Positions 25,397-36,066 of a stretch of DNA of 64,000 nucleotides are shown here, piece after piece. Each line of letters starts with the position of its first letter. Position 1 is the first letter of the stretch. Source of the DNA: Bacteroidales bacterium (lineage in GTDB: Bacteria; Bacteroidota; Bacteroidia; Bacteroidales; ML635J-15); assembly GCA_017551515.1 (NCBI GenBank), contig JAFZLK010000101.1, positions 4,335 through 68,334 on the forward strand, written 5' to 3'. The notes beneath the pieces were generated by a model. That model saw only the letters and a list, made by a program, of their open reading frames with translations. It was not told the origin of the DNA and searched no databases. The position numbers and the translations under genes are program-made.

Positions 25397-26407
25397 ATGG
25401 CAGAAACACCAGAAGAAATCAGAAAAGAAAAGCTGAAAGCAGTTCAGCTTGCAATGGGAAAAATAGAAAAGGACTATGGTAAAGGTTCTATAATGATGCT
25501 TGGCGCACAAGTAGTTGAAAATGTGCCAGTAATAAAGTCAGGTTCGATTGCTCTCGACGCTGCACTCGGCGTTGGCGGTTACCCACGCGGACGAGTTATC
25601 GAAATCTACGGTCCAGAATCATCAGGTAAGACAACTTTGGCAATCCATGCAATAGCCGAAGCACAGAAAAACGGAGGTATCGCAGCAATAATCGATGCCG
25701 AACACGCATTCGACCGCTTCTATGCCGAAAAACTTGGCGTTGACATCGACAACCTTATCATTTCGCAACCCGACAACGGCGAACAGGCTCTCGAAATTGC
25801 CGACAACCTTATCCGCTCGGGTGCAATCGACATCATCGTAATCGACTCTGTTGCAGCTCTTACCCCGAAAGCCGAAATCGAAGGCGAAATGGGCGATTCT
25901 AAGATGGGTCTCCAAGCACGACTGATGTCACAGGCATTGCGCAAACTCACCGCAACTATCAACAAGACACAGACTTGCTGCATTTTCATCAACCAGTTGC
26001 GTGAAAAAATCGGTGTTATGTTCGGCAATCCGGAAACAACTACCGGAGGTAACGCTCTGAAATTCTACGCATCAATCCGCCTCGACATCCGTCGTACAGG
26101 TCAGCTCAAAGATGGCGACACCGTTATCGGCAACCGCACCAAAGTTAAGGTTGTAAAGAACAAAGTTGCTCCGCCATTCAAGCAGGCAGAATTCGACATT
26201 CTCTACGGAGAAGGCATCTCCAAGACTGGTGAAATAATCGACATGGCCGTTGATCTTGAAATCATCAAGAAGAGCGGTTCATGGTTCAGCTACGGTGAAA
26301 CCAAACTCGGACAGGGACGCGACACCGTAAAGCAACTCATCGAGGACAATCCCGAAATGAAAGAGGAAATCGAGAACAAAATCAGAGAAAAGATTTCAGC
26401 AAAATAA
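25397..26407 (+). CDS. recA: Recombinase RecA
   Basis: [11 protein letters not shown] (Walker A), [10 protein letters not shown] and [28 protein letters not shown]. Confidence 0.98.
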   Translation: MAETPEEIRKEKLKAVQLAMGKIEKDYGKGSIMMLGAQVVENVPVIKSGSIALDAALGVGGYPRGRVIEIYGPESSGKTTLAIHAIAEAQKNGGIAAIIDAEHAFDRFYAEKLGVDIDNLIISQPDNGEQALEIADNLIRSGAIDIIVIDSVAALTPKAEIEGEMGDSKMGLQARLMSQALRKLTATINKTQTCCIFINQLREKIGVMFGNPETTTGGNALKFYASIRLDIRRTGQLKDGDTVIGNRTKVKVVKNKVAPPFKQAEFDILYGEGISKTGEIIDMAVDLEIIKKSGSWFSYGETKLGQGRDTVKQLIEDNPEMKEEIENKIREKISAK

Positions 26408-27483
26408 TGAAACATTATCTTTATCTAACTCTGATGCTTGCTGTTTCGCTACTTGCATATTCGTGCAAAAAAAGCGGAAATGGCGAAGGCGGAGAACAAA
26501 CCGAACCGAAAACATTGTCCGACAGCATACAGATGTTGTCGGACAAGATTCGGCAAAATCCTCATGATGCCGAATTGTTTGTACAGCGCTCCGACTTGCA
26601 GTTCATTAATGGCGACCTCGACGAAGCCATAAACGACATGGAAATTGCAATGAAGGTCGATTCCACAAAGCCTCCATACTATAGTAAGTTGGCAAGTCTT
26701 TATATGTTCAAGGCAAATGGTTCGGAGAAAGCAAAGGAAGTGCTCAACAAGTGCATCAACCGCTATCCATCTTACCCACAGGCACACATCGACCTTGCAA
26801 AGATTTTCTTGTATGTCGGTATGTTCCAAGAAGCTATGCAGGAAATCCAATTCCTTGAACTCAACAACTTGCAAAACGGAGATTCGTACTTCGTTCGTGG
26901 CATGATTCTTCGCAAGGCATCGGAAACCGAATCAGACACAGCAAGTACACGCAAGTGGAAACAAGATGCCCTGTCTGCTTTCAAGAAAGCCGTTGAATAC
27001 GACAACGAAAACTGGGAGGCATACAACCTCATCGGCGTAAGCCTTACAGAACTTGGCGATTCCATTGCGCTAGAATATTTCAAGACTGCAACATCAAAAT
27101 TCCCCGACAATCAAGAAATTAAGTATTGGAACGGATGGTCGCTTCGCAACTTCGGGCACTATGAGGAAGCAAAGGACACCTACATCGAAGCCGCACAAAT
27201 GGACAGCGCATCGTACTGGACATTCATGGCGTACAGCGATTTGGGCGATATGTACAGCAACATAAGTCTCGAACCTGACCGTTACAACACTGCCATAAAC
27301 TACTACTCCAGCGCAATAGCTTGCGACACAACCGCTTTCGAGACTTTTGTCAAGCGCGGTGATGCATACGCACAAAACAAGCAATACCAGCTTGCCGAAA
27401 CCGACTACCGCAAAGCCTTGAAACTCGAAACCAACTACGAACCAGCAATCGAAGGTCTGAACCGAATTGCAGGAAAACGATAA
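26407..27483 (+). CDS. TPR-repeat lipoprotein
   Basis: It has a lipoprotein signal (LLAYSC), multiple TPR-like repeats, and its start overlaps the recA stop (TAATG). Confidence 0.8.
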   Translation: MKHYLYLTLMLAVSLLAYSCKKSGNGEGGEQTEPKTLSDSIQMLSDKIRQNPHDAELFVQRSDLQFINGDLDEAINDMEIAMKVDSTKPPYYSKLASLYMFKANGSEKAKEVLNKCINRYPSYPQAHIDLAKIFLYVGMFQEAMQEIQFLELNNLQNGDSYFVRGMILRKASETESDTASTRKWKQDALSAFKKAVEYDNENWEAYNLIGVSLTELGDSIALEYFKTATSKFPDNQEIKYWNGWSLRNFGHYEEAKDTYIEAAQMDSASYWTFMAYSDLGDMYSNISLEPDRYNTAINYYSSAIACDTTAFETFVKRGDAYAQNKQYQLAETDYRKALKLETNYEPAIEGLNRIAGKR

Positions 27484-27501
27484 TTTTTTCGTATGGAGGC
27501 A

Positions 27502-27527
27502 TAACCTCGGAGAGGTTACATATTTTA
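27502..27527 (+). terminator. Small hairpin terminator after the TPR gene
   Basis: taacctc-gga-gaggtta (27502-27518) is followed by a T-rich tract. Confidence 0.45.
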
Positions 27528-27622
27528 TAGAAGAAAATAAATATAAGTAGCGTTGGCGCATATTTTTTGCGGCGATAGCAATGCAAAAATTGTGACAACG
27601 CAGCCATTTAGTTAGAACCATA

Positions 27623-28828
27623 ATGACGAAAAGCACGAACATATTATTATATATTGTAATAGCATTGCTATCATGCAGTTGCAAATCTAATACACAACAA
27701 AAAGAAACAATTACAGAGCCCATTGCCGAAGATACAATTACAACATCTACACGCGAAGCAAAATTGACATTTGTTGGCGATTTCCTTTTCGAAGCACCGT
27801 TTTTCGCCGCAGTTGACAATGGTTACGACAAGAATTCGTATTTCAAACTTGTAAAAAAATACTTTGAAGACGATGACCTTTCTGTTGGCAACATGGAAGT
27901 CGTAATTGGCAACGACCAGATGAAGGTCAGCGGCGACAACTACAACTTCTGCGCCCCGCGCTACATTGGAGAACTGGTGGCTTCGCTCGACATGCAGGTA
28001 ATGTCAACCGCCAACAACCATACTTTCGACAGAGGTCTCGAAGGTATCAACTCCACTCTCGACTTCTTCGACGGCACCGACATTGTAACCGTTGGAACAT
28101 ATAGAAACCAGCAAGACAGGGAAACACCGCGCATAGTTGAAAAAAACGGCATAAAATTCGGCTTTCTGGCTTACACATTAAGCACAAACCAAATTGTCTC
28201 AACACAATACCGAAACCTTGTAGGACTTTACAGAAATCCCGAAACCCGCAAAGTCACTGATGAATACAAAAATCTGATTGCCAGCGAAATGTCAGCACTT
28301 CGACCGCAGGTTGACGTGCTTATTGTAATGATGCATTGGGGAACTGAATTTACATTCGAGCCAAACAGCGAGCAGAAGGAAATGGCAAAATTCCTCAACG
28401 AACACGGTGCCGACATAGTTTACGGTAGCCATTCACATTCGATGCAACCAGTTGAATTTATCGGCGACGAACACAAAACTTTAGTTTACTACTCGCTTGG
28501 CAACTTTGCTTCACAAGACGATGACATCGCCCGCACACCCAAAGGTCAGGAAACTTTCGACAACGCCTACCAAGTGGGACTTCTGTCGCAGTTCAAAGTT
28601 AGGCTCGACAACGGCAAGGTGGAATTTTCCGACCTTACCAACCATTTGATTGTCAACCACCTCAACTACGACATGAAAAAGTTCGCTCTTGTTCCCTCCG
28701 AGCAGTACGACGAGTTCTACGAGAAAACCCACTTACGATACAATCTTGGTTTTAGCAGAGAGTTTATCAATGGATTGTACGAAGTGGTAAATAAGAATCT
28801 TCCGTATTCCGATAAAGAAGAACAATAA
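27623..28828 (+). CDS. CapA-family (PGA_cap metallophosphatase-like) lipoprotein
   Basis: LTFVGD...GNMEV...ANNHTFD...MHWGTEF...GSHSHS follows the CapA/metallophosphoesterase pattern. A lipoprotein signal (LLSCSC) is present. Confidence 0.8.
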   Translation: MTKSTNILLYIVIALLSCSCKSNTQQKETITEPIAEDTITTSTREAKLTFVGDFLFEAPFFAAVDNGYDKNSYFKLVKKYFEDDDLSVGNMEVVIGNDQMKVSGDNYNFCAPRYIGELVASLDMQVMSTANNHTFDRGLEGINSTLDFFDGTDIVTVGTYRNQQDRETPRIVEKNGIKFGFLAYTLSTNQIVSTQYRNLVGLYRNPETRKVTDEYKNLIASEMSALRPQVDVLIVMMHWGTEFTFEPNSEQKEMAKFLNEHGADIVYGSHSHSMQPVEFIGDEHKTLVYYSLGNFASQDDDIARTPKGQETFDNAYQVGLLSQFKVRLDNGKVEFSDLTNHLIVNHLNYDMKKFALVPSEQYDEFYEKTHLRYNLGFSREFINGLYEVVNKNLPYSDKEEQ

Positions 28829-28864
28829 AGTTTATTCCTACTTTGTACAAACGGAAATAATTCA

Positions 28865-28872
28865 TAATTTTG
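28865..28872 (+). promoter_or_regulatory. -7 promoter box TAATTTTG for the M1 peptidase gene
   Basis: It matches TAnnTTTG and lies 24 nt upstream of the ATG at 28896. Confidence 0.55.
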
Positions 28873-28895
28873 CAATATTAGATATTATTACTACT

Positions 28896-31205
28896 ATGAA
28901 TAAATTTGTTTGGATATTAATAATCGTGCTGTTGCCACTTTTTTCTTTCGCACAGCACGCTTACGAAGGTCTTATCGATGTAAAACACTACACAATAGAT
29001 CTTGACATCAGCGACTTCACAGGAAAGACCATCTCGGGAAATACTATTTTAAACCTCGCCACTACCGAGGACAATGTTTCGACAATTTACCTTTATCTGC
29101 TTAAGCTGAATGTTGATTCGATAGTGTGCAACGACTACGAAATTTCTTCGTTTTCGTACAATGATTCCATTATTACCATAAATTTTGAAACTGCACCTGA
29201 AGCAAACCAGCCATTCGACCTGAATATATTCTACAATGGTGCTCCGAAAAAAGACCCATCGGGTTGGGGTGGCTTCTATTTCTCTGGGGATTACGCCTTC
29301 AACATGGGATGCGGTTTTCAGGATGTGCCCCACAATTATGGTCGCGTATGGTTTCCCTGCAACGACAACTTTACCGATAAGGCAAAATATACGACAATCA
29401 TCACAACGCAGGCGGAAAACACCGCCATCTCAAGCGGAGAACTTGTTGATGTACAGACAGATGAAGAATCTGGCAAAACCACTTACCGCTGGGAGCTGAC
29501 ACAGGAAGTGCCAACATATCTGCAATCTGTGGCAGTTGGACCATATTATCACCACCATCATGTATATCATGGAATTTCGCGTGATATTCCAGTTGACATC
29601 TACGGCTATCCTAACGATAGTGCAAAGATTACAGGCTCGTTCTACCGCCTTGATACCACATTGCGCGTTTACGAAAATTTGTTTGGAGAATATCCATGGC
29701 AACGCGTTGGCTATGTACTAGTTAACTTTTCAAGCGGAGCAATGGAACATGTCGGTAACATTTCCATCGGAAGGTCTTTTGTGACTTCTGGTCCAGATGT
29801 TTACGAAACGCTTTATTATCATGAACTTTCACATCATTGGTTTGGCGACTTGGTAACCTGTGCCACAGCCGAGGACATGTGGCTCAACGAAGGCTGGGCA
29901 ACCTACTGTGAAACTTTATGGAAAGAGTTTGTATGCGGAGAAAACGATGGTCGCACCTACCGTCACAAAGCTCATTATAATGTACTCACAAAAACCTATC
30001 GCGATGACGGATATATGCCTCTTACACCATTCCCAGTTGATAATACATATTCATCAACAGTTTATGACAAAGGAGCATCTGTTGTTCACACTCTGCGCAA
30101 TTATCTGGGCGATGATGTGTTTTTCGAAACAATCAGAGCTTATCTTGCCGAATATTCGTACAAAAATGCAACATCTTACCAATTCCGCGATTTCCTTACC
30201 CAGCATACAGGCATCGACATGACACCGTTCTTTGATTCATGGGTTTTCACAAAAGGTTTTCCTCATTTTTCGATTGATTCAGCAGTAATTACTCCCAACG
30301 GAGGCAACTACGATGTTACCGTTTATATACGTCAGAAAATGCTTGAACGCGAGAATTTTACCGATGCAAATAGGATTGAAATCACATTCATGAAATCGGA
30401 CTTTACAACCGAAACGAAAGTGCTCGAATTTTCTGGCGAAACTGGCAACCAAACATTTACCATTCCGTTTGAACCGGCGCTTGTAATGTGCGACTACTTC
30501 GAGCACACTGCAGATGCCACTATTGACCAAGCTCTTACATTAAACTCTGGCGACAATTACACATTCTCAAAGACTGACTGCACAATGTTTGTCAATGAAA
30601 TAGAAGGCGATGCAATGGTTCGCATTACCTGCAACTATGTTGCCCCCGATGATTTTGCAGAACAAGTCGAGGGATTGGAAATTGTTCCTGGAAGATATTG
30701 GCTTGTTGAAAGCATAAGACCAAATGTATTTTCATCACAACTTAAGATAACATTCAACTGTACTGGTGCAGGGGGATGGGAAAAGCCATACATTCAAAGC
30801 TCTATGCGTGATTCAATTTCTCTGGTTTATCGTCGCGACAGGTCGGAAGACTGGAGGATAATTCCTGCACAATACAGCAAACCCGGACAGCAATTTACGA
30901 TTGAAAATTTCCCTGATGGAGAATATGCCCTTGCAATTCGAAATGGTTACAATGGAATTGGCAAACTCAGCGAATCATCGTTCTCTGTATATCCAAACCC
31001 AGCCAATGAAATCCTGAACATTTCATTCGGTACGGTTTTCAACGGCAATGTGGCTATTGTTGACATGAACGGAAAGGAATTGTTGCACAAAAAAGTAAAG
31101 GCTACCGATGTAGAACTGAACCTCAAGCATCTCACTGCGGGAACATACATTGTCGTTGTCCGCGATAAAAACGGAATGGCAAGCAGGAAAATCGAAGTGA
31201 AATAG
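28896..31205 (+). CDS. M1-family zinc metallopeptidase (aminopeptidase N-like) with T9SS C-terminal sorting domain
   Basis: GAMEH, the HELSHHWFGD (HExxH) motif and WLNEGWATY are present. The C-terminus is SVYPNPANEILNISF...GTYIVVVRDKNGMASRKIEVK. A signal peptide is present. Confidence 0.9.
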   Translation: MNKFVWILIIVLLPLFSFAQHAYEGLIDVKHYTIDLDISDFTGKTISGNTILNLATTEDNVSTIYLYLLKLNVDSIVCNDYEISSFSYNDSIITINFETAPEANQPFDLNIFYNGAPKKDPSGWGGFYFSGDYAFNMGCGFQDVPHNYGRVWFPCNDNFTDKAKYTTIITTQAENTAISSGELVDVQTDEESGKTTYRWELTQEVPTYLQSVAVGPYYHHHHVYHGISRDIPVDIYGYPNDSAKITGSFYRLDTTLRVYENLFGEYPWQRVGYVLVNFSSGAMEHVGNISIGRSFVTSGPDVYETLYYHELSHHWFGDLVTCATAEDMWLNEGWATYCETLWKEFVCGENDGRTYRHKAHYNVLTKTYRDDGYMPLTPFPVDNTYSSTVYDKGASVVHTLRNYLGDDVFFETIRAYLAEYSYKNATSYQFRDFLTQHTGIDMTPFFDSWVFTKGFPHFSIDSAVITPNGGNYDVTVYIRQKMLERENFTDANRIEITFMKSDFTTETKVLEFSGETGNQTFTIPFEPALVMCDYFEHTADATIDQALTLNSGDNYTFSKTDCTMFVNEIEGDAMVRITCNYVAPDDFAEQVEGLEIVPGRYWLVESIRPNVFSSQLKITFNCTGAGGWEKPYIQSSMRDSISLVYRRDRSEDWRIIPAQYSKPGQQFTIENFPDGEYALAIRNGYNGIGKLSESSFSVYPNPANEILNISFGTVFNGNVAIVDMNGKELLHKKVKATDVELNLKHLTAGTYIVVVRDKNGMASRKIEVK

Positions 31206-31236
31206 ACATTAATTTCGCCGAAACCGATAAATAATG

Positions 31237-31244
31237 TAACTTTG
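31237..31244 (+). promoter_or_regulatory. -7 promoter box TAACTTTG for lspA
   Basis: It matches TAnnTTTG. The ORF-track TTG start (31242) lies inside it. Confidence 0.6.
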
Positions 31245-31262
31245 CGACAAATTTCACATAGA

Positions 31263-31892
31263 ATGAAAAACAAGAAGGTAACAGTTCCAATTATAATAAT
31301 TATCGGCGTATTGCTCATTGACCAGATACTCAAGATATGGGTAAAGACGCACATGGTAATCGGTGAGGAAGTTCATATTTTCGGAGACCGAGTAATGCTT
31401 AAGTTCGTCGAGAATCCCGGCATGGCATTCGGAATGGAATTCGGTGGCAACTGGGGCAAACTTGCACTTAGCATATTCCGAATACTGGCTGTTGGCGGAC
31501 TTATTTGGTATTTGGTGACATTAATCCGCAAGGGAAGCAATCTGTTTGTCATTTCCTGCATTTCGCTAATTATAGCAGGTGCAGCAGGGAACCTAATCGA
31601 TTGTGCTTTCTACGGGCTTATTTTCAACGAAAGCTTTGGCGAAGTAGCACAAATGTTCCCTGATGGAGGCGGATATGCTGGATTTCTTGCCGGAAATGTC
31701 GTAGACATGTTCTACTGCCCTATAATCAGATGGGGAACTCCACCAGATCAATATATTTTCTTCCGTCCTATTTTCAATGTAGCCGACTCAGCAATTACAA
31801 TTTCGGTATTCCTTATGATTATCTTCTACAAGAAACTCATGCCTAAGAAGGAAGAAAAAGTTGCCATAGAAACAGTCGGTGATAAGGAATAA
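31263..31892 (+). CDS. lspA: Lipoprotein signal peptidase II
   Basis: DQILKIWVK...NPGMAFG...GNLIDC..YG.VVDMF...FNVADSAI matches SPase II motifs. The start is set at ATG 31263. Confidence 0.9.
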   Translation: MKNKKVTVPIIIIIGVLLIDQILKIWVKTHMVIGEEVHIFGDRVMLKFVENPGMAFGMEFGGNWGKLALSIFRILAVGGLIWYLVTLIRKGSNLFVISCISLIIAGAAGNLIDCAFYGLIFNESFGEVAQMFPDGGGYAGFLAGNVVDMFYCPIIRWGTPPDQYIFFRPIFNVADSAITISVFLMIIFYKKLMPKKEEKVAIETVGDKE

Positions 31893-32995
31893 TGAAAGTC
31901 CCATTCTTCAGATACGACTGGTTTTTCGAAGAAAACCGCGATGAAATGATGGCGGAACTCGACGCCATAATGTCGTCGGGACAATATGTAAATGGAGAAT
32001 ATACCAGAAAAATAGAGCAAAAACTTGCTGAAATATGCGACAGAAAATATGCTGTCGCGACTGGTTCTTGCACCGATGCTTTGTTTTTTGCCTTGCAAAC
32101 TGCTGGCATAAAGCAAGGCGACGAAGTGATACTTCCACCGTTTTCGTTTGTGGCAACACTTGACTCAATACTGCGTTGCGGAGCAACACCCGTATTCGTT
32201 GACATTTCGGCAGAACACTTCATGCTCGATGCAGATAGCCTTGAAAAAGCAGTTACGCCACGCACAAAAGCAATAGTCCTTGTACAGCTTTTCGGAAACT
32301 GCCATCCACAACAGGCACAAATCCGCGACATAGCCCAAAGACATGACATTCCGCTAATCGAAGATGCAGCACAAGCACTTGGAACGAAAGAACAAAACAT
32401 TCCTGCAGGGAAAATAGGCAACCTAAGTTGCATCAGCTTTGACCCGACAAAAATAGTTTCCGCATACGGAACAGGCGGAGCAGTCCTAACTGATGATGAA
32501 GCCGAATATGCCATGTTGAAAAAACTTGTAAACCACGGCTTTGAGGATGGAATTCCGCAAATTGCAGGATATAACAGCAAAATTTCGGAAACTCAGGCAG
32601 CAATGTTGCTGGCACAATTAGAAAAATTTCATCAGACAATATCAAGGATGACAGAAGTTGCAAAAAGATACTATTCATTGCTCGATGGAATAGATGATAT
32701 AACTCTTCCACAACATTGCTTCCACCCTAACTTCCACAAATTTGTAATAAAAGCAGAAAAACGTGATGAACTCCGTATTTTCTTAAAAGAAAACGGAATA
32801 GAAACAAAAATTCATTATTCCACTCTCCTATCAGAACAAAAAATATTGGATGGAAGAAAATATCTAAAGCACGACCTCAGCAATGCTAAAATGGTCACAA
32901 AAAAAGTTCTCAGCCTCCCTATATGGTCAAGCATAAGTGAAGCTGAGACTTTATATGTTTGCGAGTGTATAAAAAGGTTCTACGCCTTATCCTAG
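31892..32995 (+). CDS. DegT/DnrJ/EryC1/StrS-family aminotransferase
   Basis: It shows the family pattern (GEYTRKIEQKLAE, TGSCTDAL, GDEVILPPFSF, IEDAAQALG, SFDPTKI). Confidence 0.85.
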   Translation: MKVPFFRYDWFFEENRDEMMAELDAIMSSGQYVNGEYTRKIEQKLAEICDRKYAVATGSCTDALFFALQTAGIKQGDEVILPPFSFVATLDSILRCGATPVFVDISAEHFMLDADSLEKAVTPRTKAIVLVQLFGNCHPQQAQIRDIAQRHDIPLIEDAAQALGTKEQNIPAGKIGNLSCISFDPTKIVSAYGTGGAVLTDDEAEYAMLKKLVNHGFEDGIPQIAGYNSKISETQAAMLLAQLEKFHQTISRMTEVAKRYYSLLDGIDDITLPQHCFHPNFHKFVIKAEKRDELRIFLKENGIETKIHYSTLLSEQKILDGRKYLKHDLSNAKMVTKKVLSLPIWSSISEAETLYVCECIKRFYALS

Positions 32996-33433
32996 CATAG
33001 CCTTCACTATTCCCGAAAGCGTCTTGTTGTCGGTCTGACCTGCGAGTTTTGCACTTGCAGCACCCATAACCTTACCCATGTCCTTTATCGAACTTGCGCC
33101 AGTTTCTTTGATGATTTCTGCAACAACAGCCTTCACCTCGTCCTCTGAAAGTTGCTTTGGAAGGTAACCAGCAATCACATCTGCCTGAGCAATTTCCTTG
33201 TCAGCAAGGTCGGGACGGTTCTGCGACTTGTACAAGTCAGCTGTTTCCCTGCGTTGCTTTACCATTTTCTGGATTATCTGCATCTCCTTGTCGGGAGTAA
33301 GTTCTGCATTGTCGGCATCGGTCTTAGCCAACAAGAAAGCTGCCTTAACAGCACGCAAACCTTCGAGGCGCTCCTTTTCACGTGCAAGCATCGCCTTCTT
33401 TATATCTTCGTTTACTTGTTCAAAAATACTCAT
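32987..33433 (-). CDS. GatB/YqeY domain-containing protein
   Basis: MSIFEQVNEDIKKAMLAREKERLEGLRAVKAAFLL... is a typical YqeY. The start is set at ATG 33433 rather than the extended track start 33505. Confidence 0.85.
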   Translation of the reverse strand: MSIFEQVNEDIKKAMLAREKERLEGLRAVKAAFLLAKTDADNAELTPDKEMQIIQKMVKQRRETADLYKSQNRPDLADKEIAQADVIAGYLPKQLSEDEVKAVVAEIIKETGASSIKDMGKVMGAASAKLAGQTDNKTLSGIVKAMLG

Positions 33434-33452
33434 AGTCAAATATTTACAATTG

Positions 33453-34721
33453 TTATTTATTCTTGTTTTTTCTATCAAGTGCGGTTTCAACTTCAAGACT
33501 TTCAAGGTAGTCGTCTTCGTTGAGCTTATCCAAATCCTTCATGTGCGAGAAATCGCTTGCAGACCTGATTTCAGCAGGATTAAGCACAACATCGTTCATC
33601 GGCAAAGGCTTGCCAAATTCGATTGTACTAACATCTGGCGGAGTCTCCATTGGTTTTTCCTCGTAACTGAATCCAGTTGCAATTACCGTTGTACGAATTG
33701 TATCACTGAGTGTATCATCGTAACAAGTTCCCCAAATAACATTGGTACCCTGCCCTGCCACCTTTTGGAGATGCTTGGTAATACGACCAAATTCCCTCAT
33801 TGTCAGCTCGTTCTGTCCCTTAGGAGTAGTTATGTTGAGCAATATATTTTTAGCACCCTTTATATCGTTGTCGTGCAACAACGGAGAATCTAAAGCTTCG
33901 GAAATAGCCTTTATGTCCCTGTCTTCGCCAGATGCTTCGGCCGAACCAAGAAGAGCGACACCGCTGTCCTTCATTACCGAATTCACATCGCGGAAGTCAA
34001 CATTTACATGTCCGTGCCTTGTAATGATTTCGGCAATACCCTTTGTTGCAGTAACAACCACCTCGTCGGCTTTCTGGAATGCATTTGAGAAAGAACAATC
34101 GTCAAACTCAATAAGCTTGTCGTCATTAATCACAAGCAAAGCATCTACAGATTGGCGCATCTTCATCACGCCTTCATTTGCCTGATTTATACGCTGAGTA
34201 CCTTCGGTAGAAAACGGCACGGTAACTACACCAATGGTAAGCATTCCCTTGTCCTTAGCCGCCTTAGCAATCACAGGAGCTGCTCCAGTTCCTGTTCCTC
34301 CGCCCATACCTGCAGTTACAAAGACCATCTTTGTAGTTTCGGTGAACAGTTCCTCAACTTCTGGCAAGTCTTCTTTAGCAGCATCTTCACCGACCTTAGG
34401 GTCGTTGCCAGCACCCAGACCGCCTGTCAATCTCTTGCCAAGTTGTATTTTTATAGGCGCAAGACTATCGTTTAATGCCTGCTTGTCGGTATTGCATACA
34501 ACAAGGTCAACACCAACGATGCCCGACCTTGCCAGCTGGTTAACGGCATTGCTACCTCCACCGCCGACACCGATTACCTTTATTATCGTATGAACATCAT
34601 CGAGATTATTTGCTCCTGCCGAAACATCATCGACATTAGTCGCCTGTGTTGCAGAAGTTGCGCGAACAGCGGCATCTGTTGCCGAAACGCACTGAAACTC
34701 ATCGTTATATTTATAGTCCAT
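33453..34721 (-). CDS. ftsZ: Cell division protein FtsZ
   Basis: IKVIGVGGGGSNAV and the tubulin signature GGGTGTGAAPVIA are present. There is an unusually long N-terminal leader of about 45 aa before the GTPase core. Confidence 0.97.
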   Translation of the reverse strand: MDYKYNDEFQCVSATDAAVRATSATQATNVDDVSAGANNLDDVHTIIKVIGVGGGGSNAVNQLARSGIVGVDLVVCNTDKQALNDSLAPIKIQLGKRLTGGLGAGNDPKVGEDAAKEDLPEVEELFTETTKMVFVTAGMGGGTGTGAAPVIAKAAKDKGMLTIGVVTVPFSTEGTQRINQANEGVMKMRQSVDALLVINDDKLIEFDDCSFSNAFQKADEVVVTATKGIAEIITRHGHVNVDFRDVNSVMKDSGVALLGSAEASGEDRDIKAISEALDSPLLHDNDIKGAKNILLNITTPKGQNELTMREFGRITKHLQKVAGQGTNVIWGTCYDDTLSDTIRTTVIATGFSYEEKPMETPPDVSTIEFGKPLPMNDVVLNPAEIRSASDFSHMKDLDKLNEDDYLESLEVETALDRKNKNK

Positions 34722-34743
34722 ATCTTTATGCTTTTAAATTATT

Positions 34744-36066
34744 CTACTCGTCATCCTCAAGTTTGTCCATCCAGCTCTTGAACACCGAGCCAAAAGATTT
34801 TTTCGGTTTCTGTGGCTTTGGTTCGGGCTTCTTTGGTTCGGGAACAGGCTCCGGCTTTGGTTCCGGCTTAGGTTCTACAGGTTGCGGAGCTGGTTTCGGT
34901 TCATTCATCACGAGTTCCTTTTTCCTAAGACCTAATTCGTAGTCGTAACCCTTCTTCACAAGACCTACGACAGTTGAATACTGCGGACGCTTCAGCGAAT
35001 CGGCATTAGCACCAGAGATATTCGATGTCGGACAAGCCAGACGGATATTGTTCTTCATTATGAAACTTGCTATCTGGCTGAGATTTGCTACAAGCGAACC
35101 GCCACCAGTAATTACGATGCCAGCAGGTACATTGTCAGCGTAAACAGTTTCAATCTGGAACTTGACAGCATTCAGGATTTCCTCCATACGAGCCTGCATC
35201 AATTCGGACATTTCATTGCGCGACACATAAATGTTGCTGTTTACGCGGGCTGTCTTAACCTCGATGCTTACATCGGGCGCTGTAATATGCACCGCACTTC
35301 CGTACATGCATTTCATGCTTTCGGCCTGCTCGTAGGTAATTCCGAACTTATCACGGATGTCGCCAGTAACAGTAGCGCCACCGATAGGAATAACGGCAGT
35401 ATGGACAATTTCACCATTCTTGTAAACAGCCAAATCGCTTGTTCCACCACCAATATCTATCAATGCCACGCCCTTACGCTTCTCCTCTTCGGTAAGCACC
35501 GCTTCGGCAGATGCCAACGGCTCAAGAAAGACCATGCGTACATCAAGACCTGCCATGTTAACGCATTTCTTGATATTGTTCACCATCATGGTCTGTCCCG
35601 TAATGACATGGAAATTACCGACAAGGTATTCGCACTGCATACCAACTGGATTTTCAACAATGCGACCATCAATAGTATACGACAGTAATATTGCATCGAT
35701 GGTTTCTGAACCCGGGCGTACAACATTCATTGCCATATCCCTAAGTTCGATAAGATGCCTTTCGGTCACTGTTCCGTTGACAAGAACGCGACAAGTGTTG
35801 TCGGCGGTCTTCACATATTGACCAGCAATACCCACATAAACCTCGTTGAAATTAGCATCGTAGTTTTCACCGAGTTTATTGAGCGATTCGGTAATTGCCT
35901 TTACCGTATCGTCAACATTTCGCACCACACCGTGCTTTATTCCGTTAGACTGTGCAGATCCAAAACCAAGCACATCAATCTTGCCATTGCCACACTGGGC
36001 AACCACGGTTGCAATCTTTGTCGTTCCGATATCGATTGCTGCGATTATTTTTTTACTGTCATCCAT
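34744..36066 (-). CDS. ftsA: Cell division protein FtsA
   Basis: Actin-fold motifs are present (AIDIGTTKI, IDIGGGTSDLAV, ITGGGS). The C-terminus has a Pro/Glu/Lys-rich linker (PKPAPQPVEPKPEPKPEPVPEPKKPEPKPQKPKK) plus an amphipathic tail. Confidence 0.95.
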   Translation of the reverse strand: MDDSKKIIAAIDIGTTKIATVVAQCGNGKIDVLGFGSAQSNGIKHGVVRNVDDTVKAITESLNKLGENYDANFNEVYVGIAGQYVKTADNTCRVLVNGTVTERHLIELRDMAMNVVRPGSETIDAILLSYTIDGRIVENPVGMQCEYLVGNFHVITGQTMMVNNIKKCVNMAGLDVRMVFLEPLASAEAVLTEEEKRKGVALIDIGGGTSDLAVYKNGEIVHTAVIPIGGATVTGDIRDKFGITYEQAESMKCMYGSAVHITAPDVSIEVKTARVNSNIYVSRNEMSELMQARMEEILNAVKFQIETVYADNVPAGIVITGGGSLVANLSQIASFIMKNNIRLACPTSNISGANADSLKRPQYSTVVGLVKKGYDYELGLRKKELVMNEPKPAPQPVEPKPEPKPEPVPEPKKPEPKPQKPKKSFGSVFKSWMDKLEDDE